Below are positions 50,614-60,879 of a stretch of DNA of 64,000 bases, piece by piece (the first letter of the stretch is position 1; the number at the start of each line of letters is the position of its first letter). Both the position numbers and the translations under genes were made by a program. The stretch is from a virus. The stretch spans positions 1 through 64,000 of IMG/VR virus record IMGVR_UViG_3300032285_003395; one strand, 5' to 3'. The notes beneath the pieces are model-generated. The model was not told the origin of the DNA. It ran no database searches and saw only the letters and a program-made list of their open reading frames with translations.

Positions 50614-52644
50614 TTATTTTGCTTCATACCAAGAGTTTCCTATATTGGCATCTGCATTCATTTTTAAAATAGGATTTTTTAAGAAAAAATTACCTCCTTT
50701 TCTCATACTATCTTGTACAACATGTTTATAAGTTTCTACTAAAGAATCTTCTACTTCTAACAATATTTCATCATGAATTACATTAGCAATTCTAGCTTTC
50801 CAATAGTGATTATGTTCTTCTATATAATTAAAAATTAATATAGTAGCAAATTTAGTTTGATGTGCTGATGTACCTTGAGTAGGAGCATTTAAACAAAGTC
50901 TAAAATATTGAGATTTTAAACTAAAATATTCACTTATTTCATGTTTATTATTTAAAAATAAATTATATGCTGTAGTATTTTGAATAACATATTCTTCATT
51001 TTTTAATTTAGCTTCTTTATTATTTTTATACTCTTGTTTACCTTCTCTATAAATGGTCCAAAAGTCATTATCAAGTTTAGAAATATAATTATGTAATTTA
51101 GTAAATCTATCAAATTTAGGTAATCTTAATTTAAAACCAAGAGCATATTCAATATATCCTAATTCAATAGATTCTTTTAATTTTTTATTACCATATTCAT
51201 AAACTCCAGAATGTAATTCTTTAAATAAATTTTCTAATCTCATACCTTCTTCAAGTGGTATACCTTCATTCATAGCTACAGTATAACCTGTACCACCATA
51301 AGTAAAAGCAAACCTAGGTGCTTTGGCAGAGTTTCTTTTATTTTTGTGTTCTTTTTTAATTATATCATCAGGTAAATCTTTAATTTCTGGATATAATAAT
51401 TTAGCAAAAGCACAATGAAGATCTAATCCATCTGTAATAGATTTAATTAATGCTATATCTCCTGTTAAATCTGCACCAACAACATTTTCTTGACCTTCAT
51501 AATCACAACAAATCATTTTAAATCCTGGATTAGCAGTAAAACAATCTCTTGTTTCTGAATTAGCTGGAAAATTTAAAAAGTTTATTTCACCTTTTCTTGA
51601 TGCAATTCTAGCAGTATCTAATATAGGTTTAAATCTAGTATATATTCTATTATTTTGAATTTTAGAATAAATACTATCTCCAAAAGTAGTTACATTATGT
51701 TCTGTTTCTTTAAAGTTTAACCAAAGTTTTACAAATGGATGTTTACTTTTAGAAATAACAGATTTTTCTAAACTTTCTTTAATAACATTTTTTTCATTAA
51801 TTTCAACATTAATACCAAAGTCTTTAAACACTGGTATCATTTGTTGAGGAGAAGATAATAAACAAGTAATTTTATTTTCAGTAGAAAACAAATTTAATTG
51901 CAAATTTCTATATTTAGGTAAATAATTAAAAATATAATCTGTAACTAATTGTTCACATTCTTTATATTTTTTATAATCATTATCCATTTTATTTTTCCAT
52001 TTTTCTACAGATATAGGTAACCCACATAGTTCCATATAAGTTAATGCTCTTATATGTTGACAATGTAAATTATAACTTTCTATAGCTTTGTATTCTTCTA
52101 ATTTTTTTACATAAACTGAATGTAATTCAAGTAATTTATCTACATCATTAAAACAATATTCAATAACAGATGATTTACTTAATTTAACATTATAAATGTT
52201 AGCTTGTTCTGTTTTATCATAATTAATATTTAATTCTCTTAACATACATTCTTTAAATGAATGTCTTATAAAAGAATTTCCATTATAATAAATCATAGAA
52301 GCTAACATAGTATCTTTTACTTTTTTTAAAAAGTAATTTTTAACAAAAAAGAAAGATAAATCAAATGCAGCATTATGAAATACTAAAGTTTTATCTTTTA
52401 TAAAAGGAATTACTTCTGATAAATAAATAGATTTATTTTCTTTATAAATTTGTAAATCTATAAGATAATTATTAAATCCAGTACCTATTTGAATAGAAAA
52501 TATTTCATCTATTTTTGGATCTAAACCTGTAGTTTCTGTATCCATAGCTATTATATCAGGTAAAACCATATCTTCTAATGAACAATAATTATAATTACCA
52601 ATTTTTGTAAAAAAATCTTTATTTTTGGTTATAATATAATTCAT
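50614..52644 (-). CDS. family A DNA polymerase with 3'-5' exonuclease
   Basis: DTETTG, HNAAFD and YCFND exonuclease motifs; DYEGQE (motif A), RNSAKAPRFAFTYGG (B) and HDEI (C). Confidence 0.93.
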   Translation of the reverse strand: MNYIITKNKDFFTKIGNYNYCSLEDMVLPDIIAMDTETTGLDPKIDEIFSIQIGTGFNNYLIDLQIYKENKSIYLSEVIPFIKDKTLVFHNAAFDLSFFFVKNYFLKKVKDTMLASMIYYNGNSFIRHSFKECMLRELNINYDKTEQANIYNVKLSKSSVIEYCFNDVDKLLELHSVYVKKLEEYKAIESYNLHCQHIRALTYMELCGLPISVEKWKNKMDNDYKKYKECEQLVTDYIFNYLPKYRNLQLNLFSTENKITCLLSSPQQMIPVFKDFGINVEINEKNVIKESLEKSVISKSKHPFVKLWLNFKETEHNVTTFGDSIYSKIQNNRIYTRFKPILDTARIASRKGEINFLNFPANSETRDCFTANPGFKMICCDYEGQENVVGADLTGDIALIKSITDGLDLHCAFAKLLYPEIKDLPDDIIKKEHKNKRNSAKAPRFAFTYGGTGYTVAMNEGIPLEEGMRLENLFKELHSGVYEYGNKKLKESIELGYIEYALGFKLRLPKFDRFTKLHNYISKLDNDFWTIYREGKQEYKNNKEAKLKNEEYVIQNTTAYNLFLNNKHEISEYFSLKSQYFRLCLNAPTQGTSAHQTKFATILIFNYIEEHNHYWKARIANVIHDEILLEVEDSLVETYKHVVQDSMRKGGNFFLKNPILKMNADANIGNSWYEAK

Positions 52645-53300
52645 TATGTATATTTTTTTAATAGTTGAAAATCTTTAAAAGTAATAGGATTAAAATTTTC
52701 AGGATCATAAGTTTCTTTATCTATAGATAATTTTAAAAATGGATGAGGAATATTTTTAATATGTAATTCAGATTGAATTATTTTATATAAACCTTCTTTT
52801 TTAATTAAATTATTTATAAAATTACTTACTATATCAGAAGAATGTAAAGGTTTCATACTTTTATACAATCCTTTTAATAATAAATTTACATGAATATTAA
52901 ATATTTCATTATCTGGTTTTATTGCAAATACATGATGTAAATCATTTTCATAATAATCTAATGTTTGTGGTATTTCTTCTAATACTTCTAATATAGTTAC
53001 ATTGTTCTTATTAAAATTAACATTAGGTAAATACTTAACATCTTTTTTAAATACTAAATAAATAACATCACTTGCATAATTATATTCAACTTCTTTATTA
53101 AATAAATAAGAATTAATTAAATTTTCATTATGCAAGTATGTTAAAGTGGATAAATTGTTAGAAATATTTTTAAAAATATTTATATGATTTAACAAAAACA
53201 AAGAAGTTTGAGTTATCTTTAAATCTTCTAATTCTTTAAAAAAATATGTCTGATGTGGATTCTTCAAGGTCATTCCAATCATTTTTAATGTATTTTTCAA
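52644..53300 (-). CDS. hypothetical protein (true start may be slightly downstream)
   Basis: 218-aa ORF coupled to the polymerase start. Confidence 0.55.
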   Translation of the reverse strand: MKNTLKMIGMTLKNPHQTYFFKELEDLKITQTSLFLLNHINIFKNISNNLSTLTYLHNENLINSYLFNKEVEYNYASDVIYLVFKKDVKYLPNVNFNKNNVTILEVLEEIPQTLDYYENDLHHVFAIKPDNEIFNIHVNLLLKGLYKSMKPLHSSDIVSNFINNLIKKEGLYKIIQSELHIKNIPHPFLKLSIDKETYDPENFNPITFKDFQLLKKYT

Positions 53301-54111
53301 TTAAATCTAATGCATCGTCTATTAATACTTTACCTTGAATTTCATCTTTATATGATAGAGGATATATTAGTGGTTCATCTATTTTTACAGAGTTACAAAC
53401 TACCCAATGAAATGGGCGTAAAGTATAATCACCATAACCATTCTTTTCCATAAAATCTTCTATTCCCATTAAATATAACTTACCTTGTAAATGATAATAA
53501 TATTTTTTAACTGACTCAGGAAATTGTGGAGGATAACTGCTAGATTTTAAATCTGTTACAATTATTTCTTTATTTGCTTTATCAATTTTTAAATAATCTA
53601 ATTTAACTAAAAAATTAAAATCTCTATATTTAAATTCCCATTTAAATTGTGCTTCACCTTCAGAAAATAAAAAATTAACTTTTTCATCTTTCTTTAAGTA
53701 AGTACCTATTTCTTTTCCTAAATCAAAATTATCTTTTAATATTTTATTTTTAGGATCTTTAAAATAGCTAATATAATCTGGATAACTTAATACAGTATTT
53801 AATATTTTTTCATAATTCTTAGATTTTACATTTAATGAAGTAGCAGCTTCTTCAACTGATTCTAAATTAAATTCTTTTTGATTGTTAATAATAAATTCTA
53901 TAATAAATTTTATTTGTGGTTTAGGAAGCTCAATATCTAATATTTCTTCCGTAAACTCTTCATTAAATACTACTTTATCAATTACAGTTCCTTTTTCCAA
54001 AAAAGAAGATTTTTTATAAACTGGGTTTAAAAAAGAATCTTTACCTTCTTTTAATAATCTACTCAAGGAACTGTAACTTAATCTTAGTGTTTCTTTATTA
54101 GGTGTTTGCAT
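53236..54111 (-). CDS. PD-(D/E)xK exonuclease (RecE/exonuclease VIII-like)
   Basis: LSYSSLS, KGT, KLDY, DLKSS and YHLQGKLY; likely start MQTPNK at 54111. Confidence 0.75.
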   Translation of the reverse strand: MQTPNKETLRLSYSSLSRLLKEGKDSFLNPVYKKSSFLEKGTVIDKVVFNEEFTEEILDIELPKPQIKFIIEFIINNQKEFNLESVEEAATSLNVKSKNYEKILNTVLSYPDYISYFKDPKNKILKDNFDLGKEIGTYLKKDEKVNFLFSEGEAQFKWEFKYRDFNFLVKLDYLKIDKANKEIIVTDLKSSSYPPQFPESVKKYYYHLQGKLYLMGIEDFMEKNGYGDYTLRPFHWVVCNSVKIDEPLIYPLSYKDEIQGKVLIDDALDLIEKYIKNDWNDLEESTSDIFF

Positions 54112-55552
54112 AATGATTATTTGTATAAGATGCAAAAGTACTCAATTTATCTGTAAAAAACAAATTTTTTCTATTATTATAATAATAAATTAATTCTTTT
54201 TTAACTTCATCTTTAAAATAATAATTAATTACATCCATAACAGTAAATACATGTCCTTCTAAGCATTCTTTTATGTGATCTTGCACAAACTCAAAGATAG
54301 CAATAGAAAGTAAAATTTGATTAATAACTCTGTTAGAGTTAAAAGTATTTTCATGAATTCTAAATTCTATAGTATTTCTACTAGAAAATAATAAATTCAT
54401 AAAATTAAATACATAATACCTGTTTACTCTATCCCATTTATTTTTTAAAGGATGTTTCTTATTCTTTTTGTTAAAGTTTTTACAAGAAGCAATTCCATCT
54501 GTTAAAAATAAAAATATATTTTTGTTATTATAATTAACAAGATATTCAAATTCTTTTTTATCTATCTTATTAAATGATATATTTTTACATAAAGGAGGTA
54601 AAGGTTTAGTATAATGTTTTCTTTTATTTAATACATTTTCTTTTTTATAATAAGGAAAATAACTAAAATAATCATGTTGAAAATAATATAAAAAATTATA
54701 CAATGCATTGATAAAAACTTTATCATTTCTAATATTACCAATATGAACATGCAAACTACAGTTTATATCAGTATTAACATTATTAGCATTTAAATTCATA
54801 AATTTTTTAATACTCTCAATACCTTTTAATCCTGACATAGGTACAGAAACATACTCTGCATTATCAATAGAACCATCTCTACAAATAGAAAATCCATATT
54901 TTTTTAAACTATGACGATATACAGAACCTTCAGAAGTTTCTAACTCTATACCAAAAGTATAATTTTTTAAATATTTTTTATATTTATAAGTAGTTTTTTC
55001 TATTTCAATATTAGATTTATTATATAAAAGAACAGATTCTTGATAATCTGAATTATCTTCTATATTATAAGCTCTATGAGTTGCAATAGAAGATGAAGTT
55101 TCTTCTTTTATTTGTTCAATAAAACTTTCTTGATCTGTAATATTTCCAATATAATAAAATTTAGAATTAGCTTTATTAAAAATAAAATCTGAATCATATA
55201 AAATTTCTTTAACATCTTTTATATAAACTATAGCTGTATCATATTGAAAAATTTTACCCTTATTAATAAAAACAAGATCTTTGGTACATTTAAAATAAAT
55301 TTGTTCCATCTTAGTAGGATCTTTAAGAAAGAATCCTAGTGTAAATGTTTTATTATTTTTATCATAAGAAATTACACCAAAATCAAAACTATTATCTCTA
55401 ATTAATTTACTAAAATGATAATGTTTATTTAAATCTTCTATAAAATATACATCAGGATGATTTATATGATAATAATTTTTTCTATAAATAATACATTCTT
55501 TTCTAGGTACTTCGTTACCAAGAATGTCAATAACTTTTTTATAAGTTTTCAT
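54098..55552 (-). CDS. putative amidoligase (COOH-NH2 ligase, glutamine-synthetase-like fold)
   Basis: TFGIELET, DGSI...EYVS, CSLHVHIG and TIEFR, preceded by an extra ~190-aa N-terminal region. Confidence 0.85.
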   Translation of the reverse strand: MKTYKKVIDILGNEVPRKECIIYRKNYYHINHPDVYFIEDLNKHYHFSKLIRDNSFDFGVISYDKNNKTFTLGFFLKDPTKMEQIYFKCTKDLVFINKGKIFQYDTAIVYIKDVKEILYDSDFIFNKANSKFYYIGNITDQESFIEQIKEETSSSIATHRAYNIEDNSDYQESVLLYNKSNIEIEKTTYKYKKYLKNYTFGIELETSEGSVYRHSLKKYGFSICRDGSIDNAEYVSVPMSGLKGIESIKKFMNLNANNVNTDINCSLHVHIGNIRNDKVFINALYNFLYYFQHDYFSYFPYYKKENVLNKRKHYTKPLPPLCKNISFNKIDKKEFEYLVNYNNKNIFLFLTDGIASCKNFNKKNKKHPLKNKWDRVNRYYVFNFMNLLFSSRNTIEFRIHENTFNSNRVINQILLSIAIFEFVQDHIKECLEGHVFTVMDVINYYFKDEVKKELIYYYNNRKNLFFTDKLSTFASYTNNHYANT

Positions 55553-55562
55553 AATTTTATTT

Positions 55563-57263
55563 TTAATAACCTCTTAAATATTCTTGTTCATTAAAATTAT
55601 AACTTGAAAATTCGTCTTCATCTTCATCTTCAACAGGTTCATTGTGAGCAATATAAAATTCTAATACATGATTATTAATAGCTTCACAAAAAGAACCATA
55701 TTCTTTAACCATATCATTCCAATAAACATTAAATAATACAGTAGAAAATTCTGTAAATTTAGAGTTAGCAACAACAGATGAAGTATCTATCATTAGATCA
55801 AACATTTCTAGTTTATATAAAGGATTTTGTTCTATAAAGTTTAATATAGTTTGTTTAGAAAGATTAGGTTGTAAAATAAATTTTAATAAATGATAACTAA
55901 AGAAATATTGTTCACAATAAAATTTTTCTATTACTTCTTTTTCATCTAAGAAATCTGTATCAATTTCTAAACTAGATTTACTAGGAATAGATAATAACAT
56001 ATTATTTCTATTACTATCTATTTCTTCTATTTTTACAATATTAAAACTTTCAAAAAACAAATGTTTGTTAATAAATATTTTAGGTAATGGAAAATAAACA
56101 TTACTTTTTTTATTAATAGGTTTATACCAAGTGCTATTATATTTTATAGGAACCATACTAATACTTTCCAAATCATGGTTTGGAACTTCATAACTTAAAA
56201 TATTATTAATATTAAATTCAAGATTTTTACTTAAAATTTTTGCTCTTATTAATTCTAAATTTACCCAAATACCTTTATTAAAAACATAAATATATTCTTC
56301 ATCTAATATACTATCTAATGGTTTATTTATTAAATTAAATATAGTATTATCTTTATTAGATCTATATACACCATGTAATAATTTATTTTTAGATTTAGTT
56401 TTAAATAAACCTTTTTCAAATAAAATTTTAAATTTATCAGATTGATGTTCATCAAAACTATTTGTAGTATTAGAAAATAAATTATAATTACTATGTGTAT
56501 AAAAAGAAGATTTACTAACAAAAACTTCATCTTGAAAACATTCAGTTCTATCTATTTCAACAGTACTTATAACTTTATTATTTTTAAATTCAAAAATACA
56601 ATTAGTATTAATATCAAATATATTTTTATTTTCTTCTGAAGTACAAATAAAATTTAAACCTTTTTTAACAGAAGATAAATATAAACCTTCATTAAGATAA
56701 ACACCAAATAAAGGTCTTTCTTCAGTTAAAATGTTATTATTAGTTTTAGATTCACCTTTAAATACTTTAAGAGTTTGACCTCCATTATCAGTCCATACTA
56801 AAGTTGCTTTACCTCTATATTCTTTTAAAACATCATAACCATATTTATAAATAATATTAGCTAATAAAAAAGAATCTACTTTATCATTTGTATCAATATC
56901 TATAGGATATTTTTTAACTAAATCTTCTATATTATAAATAGTACCATTATGACAAAATACAAAGTTATCATCAATAATAAAAGGATGCAAATTTTCATCT
57001 GTTTTACTTCCTTTAGTAGCATATCTAGTATGGCTAATTACACAAGTAGCTTTAGTTGTTTTTTTAGTAAAGTGAAGGTTTGTATACAATTCTGAAAAAT
57101 TAGCTTTAGTAGCATCTTTATAAGAATAATTACTTGGGGCAGGGTTAGCCCAAATGCCAACCCCATGTCCTCCTCTAGAATCATTTGCAATACTTGCTAA
57201 CTTTAACTTTAATATATTTGGATTTTTATAGTTATTGCCTATAAATGCAGTTATTCCACACAT
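55563..57263 (-). CDS. class II (Ntn) glutamine amidotransferase with a long C-terminal extension
   Basis: MCGI start, RGGHGVG, HTRYAT, HPF, HNGTI, VDS and ERPL. Confidence 0.9.
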   Translation of the reverse strand: MCGITAFIGNNYKNPNILKLKLASIANDSRGGHGVGIWANPAPSNYSYKDATKANFSELYTNLHFTKKTTKATCVISHTRYATKGSKTDENLHPFIIDDNFVFCHNGTIYNIEDLVKKYPIDIDTNDKVDSFLLANIIYKYGYDVLKEYRGKATLVWTDNGGQTLKVFKGESKTNNNILTEERPLFGVYLNEGLYLSSVKKGLNFICTSEENKNIFDINTNCIFEFKNNKVISTVEIDRTECFQDEVFVSKSSFYTHSNYNLFSNTTNSFDEHQSDKFKILFEKGLFKTKSKNKLLHGVYRSNKDNTIFNLINKPLDSILDEEYIYVFNKGIWVNLELIRAKILSKNLEFNINNILSYEVPNHDLESISMVPIKYNSTWYKPINKKSNVYFPLPKIFINKHLFFESFNIVKIEEIDSNRNNMLLSIPSKSSLEIDTDFLDEKEVIEKFYCEQYFFSYHLLKFILQPNLSKQTILNFIEQNPLYKLEMFDLMIDTSSVVANSKFTEFSTVLFNVYWNDMVKEYGSFCEAINNHVLEFYIAHNEPVEDEDEDEFSSYNFNEQEYLRGY

Positions 57264-57274
57264 ATATTTTTTAT

Positions 57275-57664
57275 TTAGTTGTTAGTAATAGGTCTATAAT
57301 CATTATAATCACCAGATGTAATAATTGTAGAACCTGAGTTTTCCATAAAATAAAGCCAAGCTTTTATTACTTGACCCTTTAATTCAACATTAATTTCTTC
57401 TCTACAATACCATTCAGGATGTCCTTCTAGTCTATCTACTGATGGCAAATGTAAGTCTCTGTTAATTTCCCAAACATCTACAACAATTTGTGTATCTGGA
57501 GTTTTATTAACAAAAGGAATACCACTAGCTCTCATTTGATATTTATCTACAGTTTTACCTGTACCTAACCATTTAGTCTGACCAGGAATATCTACAAGTC
57601 TAGAATTACCATAACCTTTACGTAAAGTGCCATAGCTTGCAATTAAAATATTATTTTTTATCAT
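57275..57664 (-). CDS. gamma-glutamylcyclotransferase (AIG2-like)
   Basis: YGTLRKG, DRLEGHP..Y.R and AWLY motifs. Confidence 0.9.
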   Translation of the reverse strand: MIKNNILIASYGTLRKGYGNSRLVDIPGQTKWLGTGKTVDKYQMRASGIPFVNKTPDTQIVVDVWEINRDLHLPSVDRLEGHPEWYCREEINVELKGQVIKAWLYFMENSGSTIITSGDYNDYRPITNN

Positions 57665-57779
57665 CTTCACTTAATGTTTTTAAATCTTTAATAATTTCTT
57701 TTATTTCATGTATTTCAAAAGAACCTAGCCTATCAGACCATAATAATAATTCTGTTAATCTTTTAATTATCTCTATCAT
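57651..57779 (-). CDS. 42-aa ORF absent from the ORF track
   Basis: MIEIIKRLTELLLWSDRLGSFEIHEIKEIIKDLKTLSEDDKK*; fills the gap and overlaps both neighbours. Confidence 0.65.
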   Translation of the reverse strand: MIEIIKRLTELLLWSDRLGSFEIHEIKEIIKDLKTLSEDDKK

Positions 57780-58713
57780 TTTGATTAATTATATTAATGT
57801 CTGAATCTAATTGAAAGTTTTTCCAAGCTAATGATTTAGAATTTTTAAATTTTTTAAAATCCCAATGTTCTAACTTACTTGTTTTAGTATGTCTATGAAT
57901 ATAATCAAATAGTTTAGCATATCTTTGAACAGTATAATCATTAGATATTAAAGTTGGACTAGAATTAATTTCTAATACATAATATTTATCTTCAAATCTA
58001 ATAATATCTACTGCACCAAAATCAGCTCCAACTGCTTCCATTGCTTTTAAAGCTGTTATACACATATCATAATTATATTCAGACCAAGGAATATAAATAA
58101 ATGGATCTCCATTTAAAGATCTATTCCAAGCTTTTTGACTAGGATTACTAGGCTTTGGTTTTTCTAATACAGAAATTACTTTACCTAAACCACAATGTAC
58201 TCTAAACTCTGCATCTTTTTCTAAATAAGGTGCAAAATAAAAATTAGTCATTTCATTTAAATCTAAAAAATGATTTAATTCATTACTATTATTTAGTACA
58301 ATAAAATTTCTACCTTTTGCGTGTTGCAAAGGTCTACAAATTATAGGATATTCTAAATTAGAATCTTCAGAAATTTTTTCATAGGTATAATAGGGAGTTA
58401 ATATATTATTATTTTTTAATATTTGTCTAGTTAATCCTTTGTTATTAATTTTTTCTAGAGCTTTAATATTATTATAAACAATACTATTATTATTAACTGG
58501 TAAAGGTATTCTATTACCCCATCTAATAATTACATTTTCATTAAAAGGAGCATTAATAGATTTTTTAATAAAATAATCAGAAACATTATAATTAAATGAT
58601 CTAAACCATTCTTTATTTTTAATTTTTCTTCTGATTCTTAATTCACAATTAAATTTCATGTGTTGATAGACAGCTTTCATTGAAGGTCTACCATCTTTAC
58701 CTACTAGTATCAT
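57763..58713 (-). CDS. RimK-like ATP-grasp ligase
   Basis: IIRWG, NKG, PIICRP..HAKG, EFRVH, DFGAVDI and VLEINSSP. Confidence 0.88.
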   Translation of the reverse strand: MILVGKDGRPSMKAVYQHMKFNCELRIRRKIKNKEWFRSFNYNVSDYFIKKSINAPFNENVIIRWGNRIPLPVNNNSIVYNNIKALEKINNKGLTRQILKNNNILTPYYTYEKISEDSNLEYPIICRPLQHAKGRNFIVLNNSNELNHFLDLNEMTNFYFAPYLEKDAEFRVHCGLGKVISVLEKPKPSNPSQKAWNRSLNGDPFIYIPWSEYNYDMCITALKAMEAVGADFGAVDIIRFEDKYYVLEINSSPTLISNDYTVQRYAKLFDYIHRHTKTSKLEHWDFKKFKNSKSLAWKNFQLDSDINIINQNDRDN

Positions 58714-59036
58714 ATTTTTTTAGGATTTTTTAAGTTATGTAATTTTAAAACATACATATCTAATGTTTGTTTTTTGCCATCTATGTTAGAAACTTCTCTT
58801 CTATTAAATTCTAGTGTTTTTCTAAAACCTAGTTTTTTAAGATTTCTTCTTAAAGTAATTTCTTCTTTTTTGACTATACATTGAATAGTAGTTTCACCTC
58901 TTCCATAACCATGCCAATTAATTTGATCTAGTTGATTATATTTTTTTAAAAGTTTTTTATACATTATATCAACGTTATCATAATTTTTAGCTTGTAAAAA
59001 TAATAATGCACAACAAGGTGTTCTCTTTATGGTCAT
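58710..59036 (-). CDS. basic hypothetical protein
   Basis: ATGA overlaps on both sides; PCC and LKKLGFRK. Confidence 0.6.
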   Translation of the reverse strand: MTIKRTPCCALLFLQAKNYDNVDIMYKKLLKKYNQLDQINWHGYGRGETTIQCIVKKEEITLRRNLKKLGFRKTLEFNRREVSNIDGKKQTLDMYVLKLHNLKNPKKI

Positions 59037-59779
59037 AATAAATTATATTTTTTAATTAATAATTCTGCTTTACTTTTATCATTATTTTTTATAATATTTT
59101 TAATATTATATTTTTCATGATCTTTAAAGTTAGATTCTAATAAATTTAAAGCTAGTTCTGAATTATTCCAAACAAAATCTAAATATCTTTCTTGTTGAAA
59201 CCAAGAACTTAATACTCTATATTCTACCCATTTATTATTATCTCTATAAGAACCTGCATTACCATATAATTTTTTACGATCATTATCAGGCTCTAGTAAT
59301 AAACTTGGAATAGCTAAAGTAAAATCTAGTAATTTAACTAAATCTTTTTGAAGATTATGTTTTACATCTATATGAAGATGAAATCCTGCAGACCTACCTT
59401 TAAACTTCATAGGATTAACTTTTACTACATTATATTTACCTGTATAAGCATTTAAATCTGGTTCACAACCAAATGTAATACTTTCTACAGTATATAATTC
59501 TTCTTCATCTACTTCATAAAAAGGAAATGGAGATAATTGTAAATCACTTTCTAATAAAGATTTTAAATAATCTTGACTTTCCAAGATTTGTTTTTTAAAT
59601 ACTTTTTTATTGTCTGTAATTGGAGTATTATATTCCATCATAATACAGTCTAAAGAAGTTAAAAATCCTCCTTCTTTCCATTGGTAAGGAAAAGTTTTAG
59701 TACCTTCTACAATACCACAAGCATTAATTGCTTTGTTATTTCTTGTAACAAAAATTTCTATATCTGTTCCTAAAATCAT
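59033..59779 (-). CDS. phiEco32-like COOH-NH2 ligase (type 2)
   Basis: LGTDIEIF, GTK, EYN, FGCEPDLNAY, RSAGFHLH, RKKLYG.AG.YR and VEYRVLS. Confidence 0.88.
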   Translation of the reverse strand: MILGTDIEIFVTRNNKAINACGIVEGTKTFPYQWKEGGFLTSLDCIMMEYNTPITDNKKVFKKQILESQDYLKSLLESDLQLSPFPFYEVDEEELYTVESITFGCEPDLNAYTGKYNVVKVNPMKFKGRSAGFHLHIDVKHNLQKDLVKLLDFTLAIPSLLLEPDNDRKKLYGNAGSYRDNNKWVEYRVLSSWFQQERYLDFVWNNSELALNLLESNFKDHEKYNIKNIIKNNDKSKAELLIKKYNLL

Positions 59780-60495
59780 AATTCATTTTCTTTTTTTAAT
59801 TTAACATAACATTCATAACCTTCTTTAAATAATCCACTTTTAAATAAAGTAAATATTTTTTCTTTTATTTCTAAATTTTCAACATAAACATTATAATCTT
59901 CATGAGGATAAAAATAATCATTAAAAACAAATCTATTGTCAGTAATTAATGGTCTTATGAATTTAATAATTATTTTAGGATCTCCTACAGTAAATTTATC
60001 ATCATATACTGAACTTTTAAATCCATTATGTATACCATAATATGCAACATGAGGAAATGTAAAAGGTGCTAAATATAAAATTTCTTCTATACTATCTGTA
60101 TATTTTTGTAATTCCATAATAGCTATTGGAAATATATAATAGTATTTAATTATTAATAATCTAACTAATACCATAGCTCTATATACACTAGAAGAAGATG
60201 AAGGTTCTTTTAATTTATCAATTTTAATAACAAAAGTTATTTCATTTTTTATTATCTTATATTCAATAATAGTATTGGTAGCTTTTTGTACAAAATTTAT
60301 ATAATTAGTTAAAAACTCATTATTTTTAATATAAATTAAGTTAGCATTATATAAAGATGTTGTAAAAACAAAATAATTTTTACTTTTTGAAGACATTAAA
60401 CAAGTTCCTTTAATAAATTTAGAAAATAAAGAATAAGAATATTCACTTTTTATATGTCTATTATAAGATTTTCTTAAATCTGTAACATTTACCAT
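59776..60495 (-). CDS. hypothetical protein
   Basis: 239-aa ORF coupled by ATGA to the ligase gene. Confidence 0.6.
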   Translation of the reverse strand: MVNVTDLRKSYNRHIKSEYSYSLFSKFIKGTCLMSSKSKNYFVFTTSLYNANLIYIKNNEFLTNYINFVQKATNTIIEYKIIKNEITFVIKIDKLKEPSSSSSVYRAMVLVRLLIIKYYYIFPIAIMELQKYTDSIEEILYLAPFTFPHVAYYGIHNGFKSSVYDDKFTVGDPKIIIKFIRPLITDNRFVFNDYFYPHEDYNVYVENLEIKEKIFTLFKSGLFKEGYECYVKLKKENEL

Positions 60496-60505
60496 ATTAA
60501 TTTAT

Positions 60506-60877
60506 TTATTTATTTAAAAATATAAAAGCTTTACCATACTTAGTTTGTAACTGATGTATATCACTTTTTGAATGAACATAAAAACAATTCATACCATAAT
60601 AAGATATTAAAAAAGACATTATAGATTTATCTATAATATATAAATTTAACTTTAAATTAAACTTAGCTTCTTTATTAATTTCTTTTTTAACTATTATATT
60701 GTTACTAAATAATTCTTGATATACATTATAGTGTTCAAAATTTTCATCAATTTCTATAGTATCAATAAATTTAGAAGTAGAAAATAAAAAGTTTAATGGT
60801 GTTTTATTTAAATTGTCATATATTGCTACCAAAAATTTACTTTTAGGTATTTTTAAAATTTTGACTTGTTTTTTCAT
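60506..60877 (-). CDS. hypothetical protein
   Basis: 123-aa ORF. Confidence 0.55.
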   Translation of the reverse strand: MKKQVKILKIPKSKFLVAIYDNLNKTPLNFLFSTSKFIDTIEIDENFEHYNVYQELFSNNIIVKKEINKEAKFNLKLNLYIIDKSIMSFLISYYGMNCFYVHSKSDIHQLQTKYGKAFIFLNK

Positions 60878-60879
60878 AA

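Noticed and set aside
50890-51130. Intein or intron in the DNA polymerase (insertion of about 60 aa before NAPTQG)
   Set aside because: Too short, with no C/S...HN splice motifs and an uninterrupted frame; probably a lineage-specific helical insertion.
1469-56530. Short nested or antisense ORFs in the track (1469, 3209, 9727, 12122, 16088, 20189, 27099, 31850, 40262, 40578, 42480, 56330)
   Set aside because: They largely overlap well-supported genes and lack recognisable motifs; they are likely shadow ORFs.
38479-59779. 2-aminoadenine (Z) or deazaguanine DNA-modification pathway
   Set aside because: No PurZ, DatZ, FolE/QueC/QueD/QueE or DpdA motifs are recognisable in the window.
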